A stretch of DNA of 64,000 nt from an archaeon. GTDB lineage: Archaea > Nanobdellota > Nanobdellia > Pacearchaeales > GW2011-AR1. The position numbers were made by a program, and so were the translations under genes. Each line of letters opens with the position of its first letter. Position 1 is the first letter of the stretch. Shown one piece after another: positions 56,144-64,000 of the stretch. The notes under the pieces are model-generated. The model was not told where the DNA came from, did not search any database, and was given only the letters and a program-made list of their open reading frames with translations. The stretch is from positions 56,294 through 120,293 of the forward strand of contig JABHZE010000002.1 of the NCBI GenBank assembly GCA_018653485.1, given 5' to 3'.

Positions 56144-57589
56144 CTACTGACTTATCCCAAACATCCAACTAATCATCATTAATAAAACTCCGAATAATAT
56201 TATTCTTCCAATCCAAGCATTAACCCTTTTAGCTGCTTTTTCACTTCTAGTTATTCCCCAAATAGTTAAATAAAAGAATCTTCCACCATCTAAAATTGAA
56301 ACAGGCAACATATTAAATAATGCAACTAACAAATTAATAATAAATATCCAGAACATTAAATAATAAATAAATAATAAGAAATCATTTTTAACATCATAAT
56401 GTGTTCCAGGTTCTTTAAATATCATAGTTGCAATTCCTTCAGCCATATTTTTTTGAGCAGGACTATATCCAACACCAATTAAACCATTCTCATCCAAAAC
56501 AAGATTATATTCTAACATCTCACCATTATAATCTGTAATAATCTTAATCTCCTCTCCAGCAGAATACTTTCCTAAAACATTACCTAATTCTGCATAATTT
56601 TTAACTTCTTCATCATTAACAGACTTAATCACTCCAACCATTCGATTGTTTAATGCAGGAGAATCTTCATATAAGAGAAGTTTATCTCCATTAAATGCAA
56701 GCGGAGCATCTAATATTCTTTGATTTGAATAATATTTTTTTCCATTGATCATAATCTCACTAACATTAATTGAATACCCATTACTCCCTAAAACAATTTC
56801 ATCATTTATTCTTCCTTGTTCAAGCAAATTCATTAAAACAGATTTATCAGGATTTTGTAATTCTATTTCATTAATAGAAGTAATAGAATCAATATTAACT
56901 AACTCTGAAGAATAAGCATTAAAAAATACACCTGCAGGAGTAAATGCCATATAAAATACACCCATCCAAATAAACAAAAATAAAATCGCAGTTATAGTAT
57001 TTGCAAAAACACCTGCACCTAATATAGATAACTGATTTATTTTACTTGCCTTAACCATATCACTTTCTTTTTGTTCAACAAATGCACCTAAGAAAGGTCC
57101 TAAAAATACAATTCCAGTACTCTTAATTCCTACTTTTGAATACCTCATATAAATTCCATGAGAAAATTCATGAACAATTGCAACAATTGCTAAAGCAATA
57201 ATAAAATAAGCAAAATAAAATGGAGGGAAAAAATCATCCATTCCAAATAATTGTGGGAAGTAAGGAATTAAAGGTGCAATAGGAGGTGCTTTAACAAGTT
57301 TAGTAACTAAAACCGGTTGAGTAACATAAAGGTAAACAGTTCTTCCAATTAAATACAAAATTCCTGCCATAAGAATATAACCTAACCCAATTATAACATA
57401 TCTTAATTTTCCAAGAATCCACCTATACCGATCTCCAATATAATTAATTAAATCAACACCCCATTGAGCCTTATATAAAAAAATAATCTTCATCTCTCTT
57501 TTCAAATTAGCCCTATTTTTATAAAGAAAAAATGTAACAAATATGATAAACACAGCCAGAAAAATTAAATCATATAAAACAAAACTCAT
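56144..57589 (-). CDS. Site-2 protease (M50) with PDZ-like insert
   Basis: HEFSH, GAFVE, NMLP...LDGG. Confidence 0.93.
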   Translation of the reverse strand: MSFVLYDLIFLAVFIIFVTFFLYKNRANLKREMKIIFLYKAQWGVDLINYIGDRYRWILGKLRYVIIGLGYILMAGILYLIGRTVYLYVTQPVLVTKLVKAPPIAPLIPYFPQLFGMDDFFPPFYFAYFIIALAIVAIVHEFSHGIYMRYSKVGIKSTGIVFLGPFLGAFVEQKESDMVKASKINQLSILGAGVFANTITAILFLFIWMGVFYMAFTPAGVFFNAYSSELVNIDSITSINEIELQNPDKSVLMNLLEQGRINDEIVLGSNGYSINVSEIMINGKKYYSNQRILDAPLAFNGDKLLLYEDSPALNNRMVGVIKSVNDEEVKNYAELGNVLGKYSAGEEIKIITDYNGEMLEYNLVLDENGLIGVGYSPAQKNMAEGIATMIFKEPGTHYDVKNDFLLFIYYLMFWIFIINLLVALFNMLPVSILDGGRFFYLTIWGITRSEKAAKRVNAWIGRIILFGVLLMMISWMFGISQ

Positions 57590-57684
57590 TTTTTCATAAA
57601 CTCCATAGATTATTAAAAAAGCCGTAAAAGGTATTTAAATGTTTGTTGGAAAATTCAAGATAATTAATTAAAGAAAACTACTTC

Positions 57685-58188
57685 TTAAATTTGTATTGGA
57701 GGATATTTATTTAGATAAAATTTAACTACATCACTATCATCAGAACCAGGATTATCTCCCCACTGTTTCAGTGTAACATATTCATAATCTGAATAATACC
57801 AAGTAAATGCCTCTTGCCCTCCTACTCCGCCCCTATAAAAAACCATTACTTCCCCCATAAATTCACAATCATCTCCTGCAATCTCACAAGTAGATTTTAA
57901 AAAAGATTTAAGGTCACTTACTCCTTTCGTAATCTCAAAAACGATTATATCATTAGACTCATCTTCATTTTTATAAAAAATTGAATCAGTAGCTTTAACA
58001 CAAACATCCCCTTCAACTTCTCCAAACTCATCACAAATTTCTTGAACTTCAAAATCAGGAATTTCATAAGTATAACCAGGAATAGCTCTGCTATCTCTTA
58101 AAACAAAAAAAGCTCCAATTCCTCCAATCAAGATTAAAATTATAACAATTATTAAAATAATGATTCCTGCTTTGCCTTGCTTTTCCAT
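57685..58188 (-). CDS. Membrane-anchored or secreted acidic hypothetical protein
   Basis: Short charged N-terminus, then one TM, then an acidic domain with 4 Cys. Confidence 0.65.
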   Translation of the reverse strand: MEKQGKAGIIILIIVIILILIGGIGAFFVLRDSRAIPGYTYEIPDFEVQEICDEFGEVEGDVCVKATDSIFYKNEDESNDIIVFEITKGVSDLKSFLKSTCEIAGDDCEFMGEVMVFYRGGVGGQEAFTWYYSDYEYVTLKQWGDNPGSDDSDVVKFYLNKYPPIQI

Positions 58189-58241
58189 AAATCTATATGA
58201 CTTCTAGTTTTAAAAACTCTTCTATAAATAAACTCAGAAAA

Positions 58242-58406
58242 CTACTTCTTCCTTATCGGCCTAAAACATTTTTTCAAACATTTTCTACATCTTACTTTTC
58301 CTTCTATAATCTTTCTAGAGTCAGCTCGTAATTTAGCTTTACAATTCTTACAAACAAACATGTTTTTATACAATCTTGCTTGAGTAACAGGTAATTTTGT
58401 TGCCAT
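58242..58406 (-). CDS. rpl40e: Ribosomal protein eL40
   Basis: VCKNC.A, CRKC...FRP; start corrected to 58406. Confidence 0.85.
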   Translation of the reverse strand: MATKLPVTQARLYKNMFVCKNCKAKLRADSRKIIEGKVRCRKCLKKCFRPIRKK

Positions 58407-58442
58407 AGTATTATTATTTATCAAAAATTTAAGTATTTAAAA

Positions 58443-58841
58443 CTATCCAATTTTCTTTTTAATCACTCTTTGCCCTTCAACTTCCCAATATTCTACTTGA
58501 GTTTCTTCTTTAATATCTTCTTTTAAGTCTTCAGGAATATCTAACTCAATTGTCTCAAAACTCTCTAAATCCATAACACTTGCTTTTCCATCAGCAATTG
58601 AAAGAACTTGCCCTTTATTTTTATTAATCATAGGACAATCTAATCTCTCATGTCCACCAGTAACAAATACTTTCTTTTTACCATCAATAACACTTATTGC
58701 TTCAATTCTACATTTAGCATGCCCGTGTTTTCCAGTTTTACTAATATCATTACTTTTTACAATACAAGGATTCCCATCAACCATAATAGCAACACCAGCT
58801 CTTGCAGCAGAAGCATTAATTAATTTATACGCCATACTCAT
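58443..58841 (-). CDS. eif5a: Translation factor aIF5A
   Basis: SKTGKHGHAK hypusine loop. Confidence 0.97.
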   Translation of the reverse strand: MSMAYKLINASAARAGVAIMVDGNPCIVKSNDISKTGKHGHAKCRIEAISVIDGKKKVFVTGGHERLDCPMINKNKGQVLSIADGKASVMDLESFETIELDIPEDLKEDIKEETQVEYWEVEGQRVIKKKIG

Positions 58842-58924
58842 TTAATCAAAGTCGTGTTTATAAATCTTTTTGTAAAAATTTATTTTACACAAACACTTTT
58901 AAACCCCTATCAATAAATTTAAAC

Positions 58925-59623
58925 ATGACAATTCAAAAAAACGATTTCATAGAAATTGATTTTACAGGAAAATCAAATAATGAAATTTTTGACACAACTA
59001 GAAAAGAAGATGCTAAAGAAATGGGCTTAGATGCAGATGTTAAACCCTCAATAGTTTCAATTGGAAATCAAATGTTATTAAAAGGATTAGATGAAGAATT
59101 AGAAGGAAAAGAAATTGGAAAATCATACACAATTGCATTAACACCAGATAGAGCATTTGGAAAAAGAAATCCAAAATTAATAAGATTAATTCCATTAAGA
59201 GTTTTTAGAGAAAAAAACATTAACCCTTATCCAGGAATGGTTGTTCAATTAGATAATAATATGGCAAGAATTTTATCAGCTTCTGGTGGAAGAATCACAG
59301 TAGATTTCAATAATCAATTAGCAGGAAAAGATGTTGAATATGAAATTAAAGTTAATAGAAAAGTTACAGATAATAAAGAAAAAGTAAATGCATTATTAGA
59401 TTTCTTCTTACAACAAAGATTTGAATATGAAATTAAGGATAAAAAAGTAATTTTCAAAGAACCCAAAATAAAACCTTTTTTAGATCTGTTTCAACAAAAG
59501 TTCAAAGATATGACTGGTCTAGATTTTGAAGTTGAAGGTGAAACAAAAGAGGAAAGCAAGAAAGAAGAAGAAAAAGAAGAAAGCAAAAAAGAGGAAAAGA
59601 AAGGTACTAAGAAAACAGAATAA
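58925..59623 (+). CDS. FKBP-type peptidyl-prolyl isomerase (long archaeal type)
   Basis: IFDTT, P..AFG.R, VDFN..LAGK. Confidence 0.92.
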   Translation: MTIQKNDFIEIDFTGKSNNEIFDTTRKEDAKEMGLDADVKPSIVSIGNQMLLKGLDEELEGKEIGKSYTIALTPDRAFGKRNPKLIRLIPLRVFREKNINPYPGMVVQLDNNMARILSASGGRITVDFNNQLAGKDVEYEIKVNRKVTDNKEKVNALLDFFLQQRFEYEIKDKKVIFKEPKIKPFLDLFQQKFKDMTGLDFEVEGETKEESKKEEEKEESKKEEKKGTKKTE

Positions 59624-59857
59624 ACTTTTTCAATTTCTAAATCAAACAGCTAATATAATTTGGGATAAGCTCACACCATTGCCTTAAAATTCCCCAATTA
59701 TTAATATAAATTAGAAAATTGGATTGATAAAGTCATTCAATTTTCAATAGAATAAGTTTTTGTCAACATTTGTTAGACAAACTAATTAATACCACTACAT
59801 CCAAAACAATAGTAAAACTGCAATAATCTTTAAATATAGATTTAGGGTTTTTCTGAC

Positions 59858-61042
59858 ATGGAAGAGGATTATCAAAGAGATGACACATCATATAATGAGC
59901 AAAGTTTTTCAAATACTAATTCTGAATCTCAAAGAGACTCAAAACCAATTCAAAACACACAACCTTTATCAATGACTAATAAAGATCCAGAGTTATCTGA
60001 AATAGATAGAGAATTAGAAGAACTTCTTAAAAAACAACACGCTAAAGTAAAGGTTTTTGGTATAGGTGGCGCAGGAGGAAACACAATATCAAGAATGAGA
60101 GAGATTGGAATCAAAGGAGGAGAGTTTATTGCATTAAACACAGACGCTCAAGATTTATTATATTCTAACACAGATTATAAAATTTTAATTGGTAAAGAAT
60201 TAACAATGGGATTAGGTGCTGGTTCAGACCCTAAAGTTGGAGAAGAAGCAGCTCATGAATCAGAACAAGAAATCAAAAAAAGATTATCAGGATGTGATAT
60301 GGTTTTTGTAACTTGTGGATTAGGTGGTGGAACAGGAACAGGCGCAGCACCAGTTGTAGCACAATTAGCAAAAAAACAAGGAGCATTAACAATAGGGGTT
60401 GTAACACTTCCATTCACAATGGAAGGAAGAAAAAGAATTGAAAATGCAGAATATGGTTTAGAAAGAATGGAATCAGTAGTAGATACTTTAATTGTAATTC
60501 CCAATGATAAATTATTAGAAATAGCACCTGAACTTCCATTACAAACAGCATTCAAGGTAGCAGATGAAATTTTAACAAATGCAGTTAAAGGAACAACAGA
60601 ATTAGTTACAAAATCAGGATTAGTTAATTTAGATTTCGCAGATGTTAAAGCAGTAATGTCAAATGGAGGAGTTTCATTAATGGGAATGGGAGAATCAGAC
60701 TCTGCAACAAGAGCACAAGAAGCAGTTGAAAAAGCATTATCAAATCCATTATTAGATGTAGATATAACAAATTCAACAGGAGCTTTAGTTAATATTATTG
60801 GTGGAAATGATATGAGTCTAGATGAGGCAAGAGCAATAATCTCTACAGTCGGAGATAGATTAAGCCCTGATGCTAAATTAATTTGGGGAGCACAAATCTC
60901 TCCTGAAATGGAAAAATCAATTAGAGTTATGATAATAATCACAGGAGTAAAATCTTCTCAAATAACAGGCGGAGAACTTCCAATGGATTTACAAAAACAA
61001 GTTGAAATGGAAGATGAATTAGGTATAGAATTTCTGGAGTAA
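59858..61042 (+). CDS. ftsZ: Cell division protein FtsZ
   Basis: GGAGGN, GGGTGTG, NLDFADV. Confidence 0.98.
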   Translation: MEEDYQRDDTSYNEQSFSNTNSESQRDSKPIQNTQPLSMTNKDPELSEIDRELEELLKKQHAKVKVFGIGGAGGNTISRMREIGIKGGEFIALNTDAQDLLYSNTDYKILIGKELTMGLGAGSDPKVGEEAAHESEQEIKKRLSGCDMVFVTCGLGGGTGTGAAPVVAQLAKKQGALTIGVVTLPFTMEGRKRIENAEYGLERMESVVDTLIVIPNDKLLEIAPELPLQTAFKVADEILTNAVKGTTELVTKSGLVNLDFADVKAVMSNGGVSLMGMGESDSATRAQEAVEKALSNPLLDVDITNSTGALVNIIGGNDMSLDEARAIISTVGDRLSPDAKLIWGAQISPEMEKSIRVMIIITGVKSSQITGGELPMDLQKQVEMEDELGIEFLE

Positions 61043-61066
61043 AAATTATAAGGAGATCTAAATAAA

Positions 61067-61522
61067 ATGAGAAAAATTCAAAAGGGAGCAGGCTATGGAG
61101 AAATAGGTGATATTTTTAGAATGGTTCCTGAATTAAATACTGAAGATTCTGCAGGATATATTGAACAATGGTATTTAGGAGATAGTGATTGGGAAGGAAT
61201 TAGGGTAGAAGATGAAAATCCCTTAACTTATGCTAAATTAGTTGGAGGAGGTCAAGGTTTGCCCCTGGGAAATAGAGGTTTTTTTGGAATTATTGAACAA
61301 GATAAATTTTACGATGAAAGATCTTTTTTAGTCAATGGGATTCTTTTAATTCATTCTAATCGAAGAGAAAATTTTGGAAGAAAAAAATCAGATTTACCTG
61401 AAGTAAAGGTTGGGAAAAATATGCCTCAACAAATATTAAGTATTATTGGAGAAACCCAAGAAAAAGTTTTAGAAACAGCAAAAATGTTAAAACTTCCCCT
61501 TGAAGAATATGTTTCTAACTAA
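61067..61522 (+). CDS. Hypothetical protein
   Basis: AAGGAG RBS after the ftsZ stop; no motif recognised. Confidence 0.65.
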   Translation: MRKIQKGAGYGEIGDIFRMVPELNTEDSAGYIEQWYLGDSDWEGIRVEDENPLTYAKLVGGGQGLPLGNRGFFGIIEQDKFYDERSFLVNGILLIHSNRRENFGRKKSDLPEVKVGKNMPQQILSIIGETQEKVLETAKMLKLPLEEYVSN

Positions 61523-61542
61523 TTCTTAATAAAATATATTCT

Positions 61543-61845
61543 TCACCTAACCAAATAAGGCCCACCATGTAACCATTCCATACAATCCTCACATGTTTCT
61601 CTCCATCTATGAAACTGAATTTCAATTGTTTTATCACATTGAGGAATATAAACTTCTTCACGCCAATATCTTTCATCTGATTGTTTAGGTAATTCTGGAG
61701 CAGAAATTAGGTTATCAACATCCTCATACCTAACTTCAATAACCAATGTTTCTGAAATAGGCCCAGGCCTTGGTTGATCTAATTCACAAGAGATTCTAAC
61801 TCTATCTTCTAAAAATTCAGTTTTATCTATCCCTTTTCCAAACAT
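61543..61845 (-). CDS. Hypothetical protein
   Basis: 100-aa ORF with C-terminal CEDC; no family recognised. Confidence 0.6.
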   Translation of the reverse strand: MFGKGIDKTEFLEDRVRISCELDQPRPGPISETLVIEVRYEDVDNLISAPELPKQSDERYWREEVYIPQCDKTIEIQFHRWRETCEDCMEWLHGGPYLVR

Positions 61846-61960
61846 AGAATAATCTAGAATTTTTATCTTATATTATTATTCAATATTAATAATATAAGCA
61901 ATATATTTTTTTCAATCCCCCAACAAGAAACTTTAAAAACACATTATCCCAATTAAAATC

Positions 61961-62134
61961 ATGTTTAACTTAAAATCATTCACAAAACAATGTCTAAGAG
62001 TATGGAAACTTCTTAAAAAACCATCAAAGACAGAGTTTACAACAATTGCAAAAGTTTCTGCAATTGGACTAGCATTAATTGGAGTAATTGGATTTGCAAT
62101 TTCACTTTTAATGGAATTCCTTGGTTTGGTTTAA
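61961..62134 (+). CDS. secE: Preprotein translocase SecE (Sec61 gamma), absent from ORF track
   Basis: MFNLKSFTKQCLRVWKLLKKPSKTEFTTIAKVSAIGLALIGVIGFAISLLMEFLGLV; upstream of spt5. Confidence 0.93.
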   Translation: MFNLKSFTKQCLRVWKLLKKPSKTEFTTIAKVSAIGLALIGVIGFAISLLMEFLGLV

Positions 62135-62308
62135 AATAGTTTAAACAATATTCGTATCATAAGATTTATAACTTCAACGACATTAAAAGAGTTGAATGGG
62201 ATAAAGTTTTAATAAAGAAAACTTTATAAACCCCTAATTTATCCTATAATTATAGCTTCTAATAGTTTATTAGTTAGCTGAGCAAAAATTAAGCAAAAAC
62301 AAAACAAA

Positions 62309-62887
62309 ATGGCAATATATATTATAAAAGTAACAACAAATAAAGAAGATAGAGCATTAGAATTAATCTCTACAAAGGTTCATAAAAAAGACCTAAATGT
62401 TTATTCTTTAGCACGTCCTCACGGACTTAGAGGCTATATTTTTTTAGAAGCTGAAGATAGAGATTCTGCTGAAGAAGCAGCTTATAATTTACCTTATGTA
62501 AAAGGAATTATTGGAAAAACAGTTACTTATGAAGAAATTAAAAACATGCTTGAACCAGTAATGGAAGAGATTAATATAGAGAAAGGAGATATTATTGAAA
62601 TCATAGGCGAACCTTTTAAAAAGGAGAAAGCCAAGGTAGTTAGAATAGATAAGACAAAGGGAGAAGCAGTAGTTACATTACTTGCTGCAGTTGTTCCAAT
62701 ACCAGTAACAGTAAAACTTGATAATGTAAAGGTTATCAGAAGAGAAAAAGAAGGAGAAGAAGGTGAAGAGGGTGAAGAGACACAAGCAAAACCAGATCTT
62801 ACTTCAACTAATGAAGAAGAAGCACCAATGATGAATCAAGATGATTTCGAAGAACACACAGGAGGATTAATCCCAGACGATTATTAA
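62309..62887 (+). CDS. spt5: Transcription elongation factor Spt5 (NusG) with acidic tail
   Basis: LRGYIFLE NGN domain, KGDIIEII.EPFK KOW. Confidence 0.96.
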   Translation: MAIYIIKVTTNKEDRALELISTKVHKKDLNVYSLARPHGLRGYIFLEAEDRDSAEEAAYNLPYVKGIIGKTVTYEEIKNMLEPVMEEINIEKGDIIEIIGEPFKKEKAKVVRIDKTKGEAVVTLLAAVVPIPVTVKLDNVKVIRREKEGEEGEEGEETQAKPDLTSTNEEEAPMMNQDDFEEHTGGLIPDDY

Positions 62888-62891
62888 AAAA

Positions 62892-63569
62892 ATGATAGTA
62901 AAATTATTAATAGATGGCGGAGACATGAAACCAGGTCCAGCAATAGCCCAACAATTAGGCCCAATGGGAGTTAATATGGGCAAAGTTATTTCTGATGTAA
63001 ATGAAGCAACTAAAGGATTTAAAGGAATGAAAGTTCCAGTTGAGTTAGATGTTGATGAGAAAACAAAAGAATATAAGATTCATACTTCATCACCACCAAC
63101 TTCAGAATTATTAAAAAAAGAACTTAATTTACAAACAGGAACACCAGATCATAAAAAACAAAAGATGGGTAATGCTTCAATAGAAGACATAATTAAGGTA
63201 GCAAAAATAAAACATACAAACATGCTTGAGAAAGAACTTAAGTCTGCTGTTAAATCTGTTTTAGGAACTGCATCTTCAATAGGAATTTTAGTAGAAAATA
63301 AAGAACCTAATGAATTAATACAAACTATCACTAAAGGAAAGTTTGATAAAGAAATAAATGAAGGATTAGATGAAACATCTCCTGAAAAAAGACAAAAACT
63401 TAATGATTACTTTGCAGAAGTTAAAGCTTCACAAGATGCAACATTAGAATTAGAAAAGAAAGAGGCTGAAAAAGCAGCTGAAGAAGCAGAAAAGAAAACA
63501 GCTAAAGAATCTACAGAAGCAGCTACAGAAGAAAAGAAAGAAGAAGCACCTGTAGAAGAGAAAAAGTAA
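62892..63569 (+). CDS. rpl11: Ribosomal protein uL11
   Basis: GG...PGP, LGPMGVN, GMKVPV, PPTS. Confidence 0.96.
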   Translation: MIVKLLIDGGDMKPGPAIAQQLGPMGVNMGKVISDVNEATKGFKGMKVPVELDVDEKTKEYKIHTSSPPTSELLKKELNLQTGTPDHKKQKMGNASIEDIIKVAKIKHTNMLEKELKSAVKSVLGTASSIGILVENKEPNELIQTITKGKFDKEINEGLDETSPEKRQKLNDYFAEVKASQDATLELEKKEAEKAAEEAEKKTAKESTEAATEEKKEEAPVEEKK

Positions 63570-63631
63570 ACCTATAAATGAAAGGAACAATACCCAATAT
63601 TTATAAACCAAAAAAAACCTATAATTTATAT

Positions 63632-63704
63632 GGGGCTATGGGGTAGTCTGGTATCCTTCCAGCTTTGGGAGTTGGCGACCGCAGTTCAAATCTGCGTAGC
63701 CCCA
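63632..63704 (+). tRNA. tRNA-Pro (TGG), no encoded CCA
   Basis: GGGGCTA/TAGCCCC acceptor stem, CCAGC-TTTGGGA-GTTGG, GTTCAAATC. Confidence 0.95.
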
Positions 63705-63720
63705 TTCACACACAAACAAA

Positions 63721-63942
63721 ATGAGAACAAAAAAAGTAAAAGCAGCAGGAAGATTTGGAGCAAGATACGGACGTAGAGTTAGAACTAAAATTGCAGATAT
63801 TGAATCTACTCAAAGAAAAAAACAACAATGTATTTTTTGCAGTGGAACTGCAAAAAGACTTTCAAAAGGAATTTGGAAATGTAAAAAATGCGATAAAAAG
63901 TTCGCAGGACATACATATATGCTTCCTAAAAAAGAAGAATAA
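63721..63942 (+). CDS. rpl37ae: Ribosomal protein eL43 (L37Ae)
   Basis: AGRFGARYG, CIFC, GIWKCKKC. Confidence 0.96.
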   Translation: MRTKKVKAAGRFGARYGRRVRTKIADIESTQRKKQQCIFCSGTAKRLSKGIWKCKKCDKKFAGHTYMLPKKEE

Positions 63943-63983
63943 TTAAACAATAAATTTAAAAAACATCAAAATCAATTAAAAAC

Positions 63984-64000
63984 ATGGCAACTTACAAATG
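63984..64000 (+). CDS. Start of probable RNA polymerase subunit Rpo12 (truncated by window edge)
   Basis: MATYK followed by a partial TG codon; rpoP usually follows rpl37ae in archaea. Confidence 0.5.

Noticed and set aside
57685-58188. Archaeal pilin call
   Set aside because: Signal resembles class III but lacks the usual +1 to +5 pattern, and there are no pilus genes nearby.
50056-58208. CTAG(A) just downstream of several TATA boxes
   Set aside because: Too short and variably spaced to support a regulon.
59545-59600. EESKKEE duplication in the FKBP tail, and E/K-rich tails of uL11 and Spt5
   Set aside because: Purine-rich slippage repeats without palindromes; ordinary low complexity.
60253-60942. 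229-aa antisense ORF over ftsZ, and similar antisense ORFs (22295-22906, 33230-33640, 38155-38472 and others)
   Set aside because: Shadows of well-supported genes on the opposite strand; no motifs or translation signals.
1-64000. CRISPR array, rRNA, inteins, integrase/transposase, stop-codon reassignment
   Set aside because: No periodic repeat-spacer array or such genes were seen; conserved genes translate intact with the standard code.

Overview
Strongly AT-rich archaeal chromosomal segment, most consistent with a DPANN archaeon (Pacearchaeota-like; this is inferred from gene content and order, not from a phylogeny). It holds: (1) a surface-glycosylation cluster (GTs, radical SAM enzymes, AglH, AglB); (2) the large ribosomal-protein superoperon rpl3 to secY, rearranged so that rps3-rpl29-sui1 lies between rps5 and rpl30, with no rnp1 or adk at the usual positions; (3) AMP phosphorylase and ribose-1,5-bisphosphate isomerase; (4) a copper-homeostasis cluster; (5) GDP-heptose genes with a HddC-HddA fusion; (6) rpl1-rpl10-rpl12, taw1, a site-2 protease, eL40, aIF5A, ftsZ, secE, spt5, rpl11, eL43, tRNA-Ser(TGA) and tRNA-Pro(TGG). 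The strongest unexplained signal is a family of short palindromic DNA elements translated in frame inside terminal extensions of ribosomal proteins. Three 42-nt copies (35-37/42 identical) lie in uL15, uL24 and uL22, related hairpins lie in eL32, uL29 and uL10, and a 93-nt double-hairpin insert with a 5-bp flanking duplication lies in uL10. Other notable items are structured leaders of r-protein operons, orphan genes inserted cleanly into core operons, a duplicated tRNA-Ser 3' fragment with a hairpin insert, and a candidate -1 frameshift. No CRISPR array, rRNA gene, transposase or integrase was seen.
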